Shown here piece after piece: positions 48,533-59,900 of a DNA stretch of 64,000 nucleotides. A model generated the notes under the pieces. That model did not search any database. It saw only the letters and a list, made by a program, of their open reading frames with translations, and was not told where the DNA came from. Source of the DNA: Balanoglossus misakiensis (Eukaryota > Animalia > Hemichordata). Position 1 is the first letter of the stretch, and every line of letters begins with the position of its first letter. The stretch lies in assembly GCA_040954595.2 (NCBI GenBank), contig CM082593.2:3303434-3367433 (forward strand), given 5' to 3'. Made by a program: the position numbers and the translations under genes.

Positions 48533-51500
48533 TCAGCACGAGTTGCTTGTCGGATGCATTCTTGTGACGGGGGGTTGGTGATAAAATTTGGCTGTCTTTA
48601 AAATGTTCTCTGTGTGTTGCTTGGCTTTCATGCGCAGCTTGGCAACGCTGGAGTTCCGCTGCTCGGGGTCGAGGAAGGAAATGGCGGACGCGGTGGGCGC
48701 AGTAGGCACTATCGTACATGTACAGTCTGGAATGAAACAGGCGTTGATACGCGAACCTGGAAGAAACCAAAAAAGTCAGTGATGTTATAATTCGTCAAAA
48801 ATGAACTACAAAAATATGTTCTCTGGGTTCTGCGTCAACCACGTGACATGAACGGTTGAATATCTACGCAAGAAATCTAAGCACAAAACGCAATGGTTGG
48901 CTCTAACATCAGGTGGTTGCCTAATAGCCAATCAGGTTAACCCATTTTTCAGCCAATCAGACTCCATACTTCTGTGAATGAGGATTTCCCTTCACCCGCC
49001 CTTATACGCTTAGTTCAATGGGGCGGGAATCAGCCACACAAAATATGCAGCACAAACACTTCCGATGACTTTTAAAATCAGCATATTTTGAAATATTCAG
49101 TTGTGCTGCAAGATATTCGAAGTTATCGAATATCCACTCCAAATAGATTTATTCTCGCCAGTAGAAATAAAGAATAACAGATATTCAACGACGAGGATAA
49201 ACGTAACGATAAATAAATGAATGAGGAATCATGATTGCGTTTAATCTGAGCGGGACGTCAATATTTCAACGCTGCGATAACCGTTTTCTCTGATAACAAT
49301 TGACTGTTTATCGCATGCATTTGAGGGGCGTGATAGCAGTTGCCTATGGCAAAGTTCACAATTCAAAATTAATTGTGGAGAAAAGCAGTTTGCATGAGCA
49401 TTGCTGAAATAGATTTGTAATCAAAGTTTTTCGCTTTAATTACCGCGTAATTACCTGTCAAAGACGTTGAGGGCTGAGATATTAGCCGCGTTGCTTCTTG
49501 GCTGCTCATGGTAGGCCGAGTTGGTCGAAAACTTGAACTGTGAAAGGAAATCAGTAAATTTGTAAAATACTAGTAGATGTAGTTAAGTTTAGCAAAGAAA
49601 ATTAGTTTAGAAAACTTAATCTCGCATGCGTCATAGATTTGTGTAGCATAAACAAGGCAGAGATATGTATAGATTGGGATTTTTCTTTCTTCTTCACACT
49701 TTGAAAACAAAGTGAAGACACGTAAAAAGTTGCTAAATACCTTGCCTGACAAACTAAATCCACTGGCGACGGCGACCTTTGAACTGAGCTGCTTGCTGTC
49801 GGCGTTGGCGATTTTGGCGGAGTCGTCACGCGTGGCGGGCTACTAACAACCGAGATTTCGCTCGTGGTCGACTTGGGCGACGCTGGGCTCATGGGTTCGC
49901 TGGTCGACGGACTGTCTCCCGAGTCCTCCTTCTTGCCGTCTTTCGATCCCCGGTCGCTGTCAGCGTTGTCGTCGGCTTTGCTTCCTCCCTGACCGTCCTG
50001 CTTCATTCGCTCCATTTTTCGCCACTTGGCGCGCCGGTTTTGGAACCAGACCTGGAACGATGAACAGCAATACACAATTCTGGTTATTTTAGTTTCTTTT
50101 GATTGGATACCAGCATCAAGAATGAGCGACAACTTTGCCCCTTTAATGTAATATACACCATTAGACCCCGTGTGAAGGACGTTATATTTGTTCTCTTACA
50201 ATTGACGTTGATGCGACAAGTAAACATGGTGATAGGATGAAATACTGTTATCCCGTTTTCTTTCTCGTCAAATCCCACGAGACTCTAACCACATCGCATT
50301 GCAATCTCAAATTCCAACCACGCATTTCGCTAGGCGAATGACGTCGTTCAAACTGTGATTTTGAATTCGGAAATGTGCCACGTGTATCAGAACATGTCAC
50401 TTATTTTGAAAAGTCAAAGTGTTTAATTCAATCACCGTTGGCAGTGTCTGTCTCTAGTCGAGTTCGTCGGCAACAAGATGGCCGCTACGCCACAAATTCT
50501 CGTCTGGTCATATAAACGCGAAGACTACAGTACAGCATTGCAATACTTTTGGTTTAAAGCTAATACTTAGTTTGCTTATGCTATTTGTGAGTGATTTTTC
50601 GAACGATATGTTTCGTAGATAAATTGCGACATCTAGAGACAAAAATATGGCGCAGGCGCGGCATCGTTGACACGAACAGACGGAGTGATCTGTATTTTAG
50701 AGGGTCAACCTTTCCAATTACTACAGCGTCAATGTTTAGTGTTACCGTCTTGTGGCAACACTTTTAACCCATCGCAGTGTCATCAATCTCGTTCTTTATT
50801 GTGTCGCAGTGAAAACATGCATGAGTTTAAATAATTAATCATCCGAAATCCCCTCTAAATGGAAATTGTAAGTGCCAAATGCGATAATGATCAATATTTA
50901 ATTAACCAAGGATAATGCAATTGGATATGTTGTCTATTACCCCGGCGTTAGATGTATGTCGCTTCGATGTGATGCAACTTCAGCGGGCCACATGCTCACA
51001 AATCACAAACACCATTGAAAAAGAAAAAAAAATATGGGAGCCCAACATACTTAATAGACCAAAGGGATATTTTCTTGTATAACGTCATCTGATATTTTCC
51101 GATGCGACAATTGTCTTGTCCTGTCGCTAACAACACGCGCGTAGCTGGCTAGGAGTGATAAGAAGTCGTATCGTTGTCAGGGTAAAGTGTCAACACAACT
51201 GAAATTTTGCATGGCAATTCGAATCATATCCGTTGAAATATGGCTCATAATTGACTCGTATCGTTCACAAAAGGGAAATGTAGTAAGTTATTTTGAGCCG
51301 AAAGGTTTCCAGATAGGTGAAATCCATTTCATCTGTAAATACTCTACTTTGTTGGCCCGTGTTGAATTCTCGCGACATGTAAATCGCACTTTTACCTTAC
51401 AAAGGCCAGACTTTTCGAATAATTGATAGCATCAACCAATCACAGTTAGCTTTAGGCGATATCAATATTGGTATGCATTGGCGGTTCATTTGGAAATCGT

Positions 51501-54500
51501 TTGACAATTTTTCGCTTATTTCGTGCGGGTGTTTGCTTCCATTTGTTTGGAGAATACAACCAAAAATTGAGAATTTCATTATCGGCATTGCGCGGATTGC
51601 TTTGTTGGTAATAGTGCCTTAGCAGTAGAATTAGAGTTTTAGCGTTACCGAATATCTTCTAGACATCAGCCAACCCACTTAATCTCGGCTGTTTGGAGTG
51701 TGACGTATCCGCACTATGGGTTTAATACATATATTTATGACATTAACGGGATTAGGGCTAATCCGCTGGACGATGAATCAAATTTTACTGGGTTTTAAAG
51801 CCGAGATAGGAATCTGAGAGCACGCGATTCCAAACGCTGATGAAGTCATGAAGCCAGTGTGATTGTAACGATGATGTCGAGACTCGGTTTCAATCGAGTG
51901 ACTGGCTTAATCTTATGGACTGCCGTGTTTATTTGATCATACAAACCCAATTACACAATCTGAACTGCGCACCTGTGACAGACATGTAGATACTCCAGAA
52001 CCCCTAATTTCCTGATTTTTTCATTCTTGCGAAGGTTGGCATGTCGTCTGCGTCAATGGCGGTCAGGTTTATTGGTTAAATTCACGTGAACATGTTTTTT
52101 GTTGGCATTTCGTGGTTTGTTAGACTTGCATAGCCAGCGCTGTTCTCTGCTTTCTGCTTGGTGGCATCTCTCAAGTTTCAATCTCTAAACCAAGTTGCGA
52201 TATTTACATTCGAACACCGACACGCCAGCCTAAAACTGCCTCTTAATTTCAGTATATGTTTAATAACGTGCCACCACTTGGTGTACTTATAAGAATGTTA
52301 TTTGCACAACGAATATCCAGCTACCGGTATTAGCTGACATCTCAACCGGGTTCCATAATCTCGCGAGACCGGGGTCTTTCGGGTCATATTAGCGAAAAAC
52401 CACGGAGCCAAAAGCAATCCTTTTGCATTCGAGGGAATAAGATATTATGGACTTTACATGATTTAATAATCGGATTTAATGCACAAGGATGATTTTTTTT
52501 CCAACAAATATTAAGCAACAGATGACTCTATTAATAATTCAGACTCCAAATCACATAGGTCAGACGCAGGAACACGCTCCCGTCAAATATCCCGTGTGAT
52601 TGGTTAATTATTGTCAAAGGTCGGCACTCCTGACTTCTTGTACCAATCGGAAGAGGGGTTGTAAATTGCCGAAGGGGAAAATTAGGTAATCAAGTAAGTT
52701 CCGCCTGTGAAAAATGCGTGTTCCCACTGGCAGTTGGGGGCGACCAGGGATCACGGGAGACGACAACCCCGGGATAAGACAGAAGGCGGGAGAGCTTGAT
52801 CGACACTTACCTGAACTCTAGCCTCCGTTAGGTTTATCTTCATGGCTAAATCTTCTCGCGTGAAAACATCTGGGTAGTGCGTTTTCGCGAAGGCAGTCTC
52901 CAGTTCCTCGAGCTGAAATAACACAACAAAGCACGTCACATTCTGTCTGTAGATCTCGTGTTTTACGCTACTTTAGAATTTGGCCGAGAATTGAGAAGTC
53001 GCACAGAGAGTATTGAGATGATATGTTTAACCAAACGACTGGATGAAAATATCAGGCGGAAAAAAACACAAAATAATGTTGTAATAGTCCACAAATTCCG
53101 AGCAGCACACAAACATGAGACTTTAAAATGACAAACCAAATGCATTATGGTTGGTAATTAATCTAAAAAACTCCTCGCGCATTTCACGGTCGAGAGTGTC
53201 TCCCGCAAGAAAATATGAACTCTCTGAAATTGATAGAGGATGCTGCCTGAACCGGTGTTTGGTTGCATGCATTGTTTGCATATTGTGCATTGAGTACTGC
53301 GGTAACCCCCCATGGGAAGATAATTCGAGCAGGCTACAATTGCGGGGCCTTTATGGTGTACTGGTAGGAATTACAGCGTTTTAACATCATCTCTCTGATC
53401 GTGTATATACTAGATATTTTGAGTAAATTTACAGTGCAAGTGTAGGCCAATTTCTAATTTGCAGTACTCACGTATAGTTTCCACTAAGCGTCAGTGTTAC
53501 TATACTTTTTAAAAACGAGAATATGATATTGAGACTACACGCGTTTTATTTTTTCGCAATGCTGGACTCATAGTGGATTGTATTCATACCTGTTGTAGGG
53601 TGAAGGTTGTCCTGTTCCGCCGCTGTTTACGGCGAGCAAAGCCGTCGTCAAAATCTGGCGGATAATGAAGGCCATCTGGAAGGAGAGCAGAGAGCAGGCG
53701 ATCGTAAAGTGGCATTACAAGCCGTCGTATATCGTCATCCCATCATCGATGGTGACAGAATGTCAAACGACTTAATATTCAGGTGGGTTTACACGTGCCA
53801 TTAACACAACACACACAGATCAACCTTGTCGATGGGACTCTTGCTAAGCTCGGTCTCTGGGACGAGCGGTGTATTACTGGGAGTCTGGAACGTTCTTCCT
53901 CAATGTCTGGTCGGAATCACAAGCTATCACTCAACACTCAGACAGACAGGCAGACAGACAGACAGACAGACAGATATACAGATAGATAGATAACTCACTC
54001 ACACACTCACCACTAAGAATTCAGCGAAAACCAAAATAAGAATCTCACTGAATGGATCGAATGTTCGTAAATAAATCGAATTTGCAGACGACCTGCAGAC
54101 ACTATTATTCCGTTTAAATCGGCATCGTGTGACCTATTTTCTTCCTTCATAGTTCGTTTGGTTTGCCAATAAGCATTGGAAACCCCATAATATTGAGTCA
54201 CGTATACATTTCTTTGCTTCTGAGGTATGACTTTTGATACGCGTTTTGTAATAATATTTTCTCGGCCGACGGATGCACTCGGCGTGCAGAGATCATCGCG
54301 TGATGCGGAGTCGGAGAAAATCACGAATGAACTTTGTCAGTGCGCGAACACTGTAAGAACATCGCCCCTGCTCTTGAAAGTTGAGCGATTACATCCATGT
54401 GATATAAACGCCAGTGAGTTTTATATATTCGGGATTAAGAACATAAACAACGAAATCGGAGATTATCCTCACGTCACCATTTGCCCCCACTTCAATGAAG

Positions 54501-56979
54501 AGCCTTCTCATTTTGTATTTTCGCTGTTTATACGATTCTTGGATATTTCTGTTGCCAGTATACTTCTTGATTTATAGGCGCTTTATTGTGCATCTTCCAC
54601 GGTGCTTTAATACTCAACATTGCGAATAGAGCCAAGAAATACAGTCATGTAGAGCCCCACAGTAACTCAAAACCTAGGGCTATTTTCTTAGTGTTAGTGT
54701 TTCGTGTATCAACTGTGGTTTCTTGTTCTACTCTGTGAAAAATAATGATTGATCGGCACGCCGATCGTCTTGGAATATGCCCGATTACTGTCAGTGGTAC
54801 AGTTCTGTTATATGGCGGTTTTAAAATCGCATATAATTATACTAAAATTATTCACTTTCAGTACTTGTGTTCGTGAAATATTGGACAAACCTCCCTGCTT
54901 TTGTCATCGTTTCCCAACCTCTGACAAATTTCCGCTATCGGTTTACCGACGGCTATATGCTATACCGCAAGCGGCCGTCGGTATAATTAAATTAGTTGGA
55001 AGCATCGAATTGAGGTGTTCTGTCGTCGATGTCGACGATTCAGATTTGGGTTTCCTTCGTCGTCACCGAAATAGTGCGACGAAAAAGCTCAAAAAAGAAT
55101 GCCGAAGATGACAAAATCTGTCTGTACGTTTGACGCACAATACATGTGTGGATAGATGGATAGCTGGATGGATGGATAGATGGATTAACCGACTATACAG
55201 CCACTCGAAAGCGCCGAGTGGTCTTAAGATAACCCGGCTCTGTCGCTGAAAATCCTTAAACCGTCTTTCAAGTCCCGATCACGCTCAATTTTGTTGACTG
55301 GGTTGGCGAACATATGTGTTTTTGAGCAGGCACGAGTTTACCTACTCCAGATCAGCCCACAACGACAGCGTCCAATTATCCCTGTCTGACGGCAGTTCGC
55401 GTCTTTGTTCGTCTCGGTGAACTCCCCGAGTATTGTTCGTCTCACGCTCCGTGCAAAGCCCGGCACACTGCTATCGCGGCGACACACACAAAACCACCAA
55501 ACGCTGTAGAAAGGCGATGAAAGAAATATCAAAAAGCAAGAAGTACCCCCTAAAACGCCTCAGTCCTTTATGTGTAAATCACGCTTTTTGGCAAGATAAA
55601 ATCGGTAAGTTCAATTTGTTTTGTTCGGCGAAAGCGTTCGCGCCAAATCCGCATCGCTCAATATCTCTATAAACCGAGCTAAGTGTCATCTTGAGCGGGG
55701 TAAGATTGTAAAGCCAATTTTATCAAGGTATCACGTGTAGGGCTTCTTCAAAGATAAACTCGCGTTCAAATCGATTTTTTGTCGGGGTTATGAAAGATTA
55801 CCGATGTGTGATTAATTTATCGCGTCGCTAAAGCGTTGCCAGCAAACGAAAACAAGATTGGTACGCCGAGAAATGAAAGGAAGAAAAATATGGTTTTCCC
55901 CGACCTTTGATGTGGTTTACCTGCCGGGTTGTCTGGCAAGCTACCCGCCGATGACAAATCGTGATCGCGCCGCTAATTGAATTTGGCGGCCGACAACACG
56001 AGACACGACAAAACAATGACACCAAATACAGTGAACTAATGACCGTGCGCAAATACACACGCTTCCACTGAGAAAATTTCTCAATACTGGCCCGAATTCG
56101 GGGTTTTTAATGCGCGAACTCTGTTTTTTCAAATTCACGCTAGCTTAGCTTCTGACACAGCGTTGAGTGGAACGGTAAAAAAAATTCACACGCAAGTTAA
56201 TTTTGAACTCGTAGATACAGGTCCTATACTCAACATACAAGATGTTAATGGCAAGATATAGACGTTAGGAAGGGAAATAAGGTCTAGTCCTCGTTTCACC
56301 AGTAATCCCATCCTCGGGATATATCTTCTCGGTCAAGGTAGTGTGGTTAATTTGCATGAAAAAAATTCCCACATCAACCAAAAAGTCGTATATATTGATG
56401 CCGTCTTTTTACTGTTGATGTTTGATGACATAAACGTTAGGCAGGTATATCTCTAAATTTACCCCTAAAGAGAAAACTAAAATCTTGAAATATTGCAGAA
56501 ATTCGATACCGTCCCCAGATCATCGGTGTTGTCCCCCTGAGCTGAGAAATTACATACACACGCATGCACTCACACGTATACACACACACAAACAAACACA
56601 CACACAAACACACAAACACACAAACAAACAAACAAACAGACAAAAATAAACAAACAAACAGCTGAAGATTTCTTTTCAACTAGATAATGTTAGGTGACCT
56701 TGAGGCGTTGCTCCGCGTGTAATATCGAGACAATGGTTCTGTGGACACAGTCACGGTGATGATGTTTTTTTCACTTGTTGACAGCGCTTCAATTGACAGG
56801 TGTGCTACTGTGACGTGTCAAGGTGTGTACTTGCATATTTAAAAAAATTAGAACCTTGAATGACAAAACCCAAAAGTGAAATACTTACAAGTTAGTGGTG
56901 GACACCCAGCCATTAAAGTTTCCATATCGATGTGTGGATGGGTCTGGTAGGGGGAGGTACAGTGGTAACAGTACATCAT
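48533..56979 (-). CDS. DRGX: Drgx (Drg11/Prrxl1) paired-class Q50 homeobox protein with OAR domain, conserved paralog 'b', about 298 aa
   Basis: Exons 56979-56889, 53675-53590, 52912-52811, 50051-49741, 49537-49455, 48756-48533 (897 nt, phases consistent). N-terminus [10 protein letters not shown] resembles vertebrate DRGX MFYFHCPP. Core is [22 protein letters not shown]|[34 protein letters not shown]|[15 protein letters not shown]; OAR is [15 protein letters not shown]. Confidence 0.93.
53940..53990. repeat. (GACA)n/(GATA)n compound microsatellite
   Basis: Direct inspection. Confidence 0.85.
56578..56661. repeat. (CA)n/(ACAA)n low-complexity repeat
   Basis: Direct inspection. Confidence 0.8.
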
Positions 56980-59900
56980 AATTGCGCTGTGGTCGAGAAA
57001 GGCTTTGGAAAGAGAATCAACAAAGCGCCGAGTTGCTTGTTTTTGTTGTTCAAGTTCGAGTTGTCTACCAGGCCAGGAATGCACAAATGGATGCCTTGCG
57101 ATCTGGTTTTGTTGTTTTCTTCCAAAGAAGCGGTTGGTTACTTTAGTTGGTCCAAATTGGTGCTTACTGACAGGCGAAGGAACGACTCTCCCTGTCTCTC
57201 TCTCGAATCCGCGAATGTGATAGATCCACGCTCGGTTCTGGAATGGCAGTAACTGCGGACACTGGCTTCTCCGGATGTCGACCTGGCGTGGGGGAGAGAA
57301 AAAATAGAGTCTGCTGTAAAGTCAGATTTCCCATGAAGCAAACATAAAGCGAGCGGTGGGACGAGTCACAGTCCCTGCTGGGTTTCACCAACGGTTGAAT
57401 CTGCATGTACTCTGTGGCCCGTAATCAAATGAAATACGAGGGGGCGTCCACCAAACAATCTAAATCTCTCGGCAGGAACATTAATATGTTGCCACTAGAG
57501 AATAAAGAATATAATTAAGTGTCATTAGTATAATATTATGCGTATCTGCAGTCCATAAATTAATATGTATAATGGGTGTACTCGGGATGGGATGATAGTT
57601 GAACCCCGGTTGTTAATTCGTCACAGGTTAAATAGCAGTTAACCCATAATGCCAGCCGAGATGTCATTCGCTCGTTTCGCTAGATTTCGTCCAGATCGTG
57701 ACGTTGTGTTCACGACGGTGTGTCGGGGGAAAAAAAGTTTCTCCTCAATATTTTTCTCGAAAGCGGAAAAAAATATCATTTTTTTGGAATTAAATTTTCA
57801 TAGTTGTTCACTGCGCGAAATCATACAAATCGATTTTCTGAAGGGAGTGGGTCCATTACTGGCCGGGTTAATGGCTGCCATCAGATAGCTATCTCGTTAT
57901 ATGATGGTTACCCGAAGAGCGCGCAGACCGTTAAAACACGTTTGCATGATTTGTATAAAGTTTGTAATTTCAGCAGCCCAGCGCCAAAATCCCGGGATGA
58001 GTGGACGCAATCTCATCAGTAGTGTCGCAAACAGATAACGACAAACGTAAAAATTTCATAACTAAAGCCAATCAAATATTTAAAGGTGGAATCTTAATAT
58101 TTAACTCTGACATCGGATGTCGTGGAATCGGAAAACATAGCAGCTTTTTTTCCCAATCCAGACATCATCGATAATCATTATTGGAGGAGGGGGAAGGTCA
58201 TAAAGTTTCATCTGACTCGAGAATCTCGTTGATTCTCGCTGTGATATGATATGTGAATTTATGATGAACTTGTTCTCCAAATGAGTAGAAGATGAAGAGG
58301 GTTTGTTTCGTTCGAAGGGAATTGTAGAGAGCGGTGCAACAGCGGCGCTGGACCGGAACCATTACCAGGACAGCTCAAGCAGAAATCGTTTTTCACAATT
58401 ACGAATCGCGGGCAGTCATGTCGTACGGAGCGAAGGCGTCTCCACCGGGGGAGTTCCTGTATTAATTACTAATGAAACTTAATACAATTTTCAGCCAAGC
58501 GAAGCAATGTGTTATTATAGAGTCTTGGCATACAGAAATTACCCACAGGTACGCGTTCCCAAGACGACGGAAACCAAGCGACGCGAAGTTGCCGTCCTCT
58601 TTTCTCCCCTTCTCTTACTCTACTTAAAGTCGCCGATAGATCTTGCGAGAGGCGACGGTTGAATGCCCGAAAGCTCAACATAATGATTTCCCGAAAAATA
58701 ATTCAACAATACACCAAAATATATTCTCCCCAAGTACAAATAATGCAAATGATAAACATTTTACTTTTATTTTCAATACCGGATTTCAGGCCACAATATA
58801 TATCCCTGGCAGTATGATGACATGTGTATGTATTTTGTTGTCCCTGTTTTCGTTCAGTCGGCGAGACACCCCCCCCCCCCCCGCTCGATATTATGGGAAG
58901 AGCCTTGTAAAATCGCAAACGTCTACTTGTCATATCGCAAAAAATTAGTCAAATCAGTTCCGTTGTCTAGTTACACGTAACCCCGGCGTTTGTGTGACAT
59001 ACCCAAAACACTTGTAAAAAATCAAGCTATAGGCTTTTTTTTTTAATGGGGCAGGATATGTATACAGATGGATTTTTGCTAATTTTCATTATTTAATAAG
59101 CTCAGTTATCAATATCTGTTTTTTTGGTAGAGATGACAGCTTATGATGCACTTCAATCACCCGATATGAGCCGATTACCCCTGGTCTACCAAGACCATAT
59201 CCAACAATATCATGACAGGGCCTCGGGGCGGGCGGTGTCGTGTTCGCCGAAATTCTGCTCGGGCTGTGATAAGCCCTCGCTGTCGGAAAACACGGCAAGG
59301 GACTCGTATCTGGTAGCCCGAGTTAACTGTAAGGAGCGCACACGGCTCTGGGCCTTCTCGAAAGGTGTCTGGAGTTGTTTTCGTGACCCACACACGCGAT
59401 ATTATTTAACCATATTATTTTCGTCCGTTATTTTCTTAACATCCCCTCAAACACGGCATCGCATTTTCAGAGGAGAAACATTTTATCGCGCGAGCACAGT
59501 GATAGTGTGTTTCGTGGTTTTATATTTTTCCCAGCTAAATTCTTTTCGAGGACGAGGTAAAAAAAATATACCGCTCTGTTCGCTTTTCCCCTTTTTTCGG
59601 AAATGAAAAAACAACAACAAAGTTTGACAAAGAAGTTGTAGTAAATTAAGGCTGATTGGCATGCAACTGTCTGTGGCGGGCGGAGACGATATATACGCAC
59701 ATCATAGCGAAAGTGGCGGTCGATCCGGAACAGTGTTAGAAGCATGGAAAGCCAACGGCCGGTTAATGTCACACTCTCGCATATCACGTCTTTAAAATCG
59801 GAAATATCGGGTCTCAAGAGAGGAGAGCAAAACGACTGGCCCCGTAAATAAGGATTTGACGGCGACGTTCTGTTTGCTGACATGGTTTCCCGTTCGCGCG

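Noticed and set aside
55211-55260. tRNA-like A-box GCCGAGTGGTCTTAAG (similar weak case near 38550)
   Set aside because: No B-box/T-arm (GTTCRA) and no cloverleaf.
21011-56979. Assignment of the homeobox genes to Aristaless/Arx or Alx
   Set aside because: They share Q50 and OAR, but [31 protein letters not shown] and the YHC N-terminus are diagnostic of Drgx.
21011-56979. Drgx pair (or annexin pair) as an uncollapsed-haplotype assembly artifact
   Set aside because: Introns and linkers are unalignable or strongly diverged and synonymous sites differ widely, far beyond allelic divergence.
59124-59606. 160-aa + strand ORF
   Set aside because: Non-ATG start, no domain similarity or exon context; chance ORF in upstream regulatory DNA.
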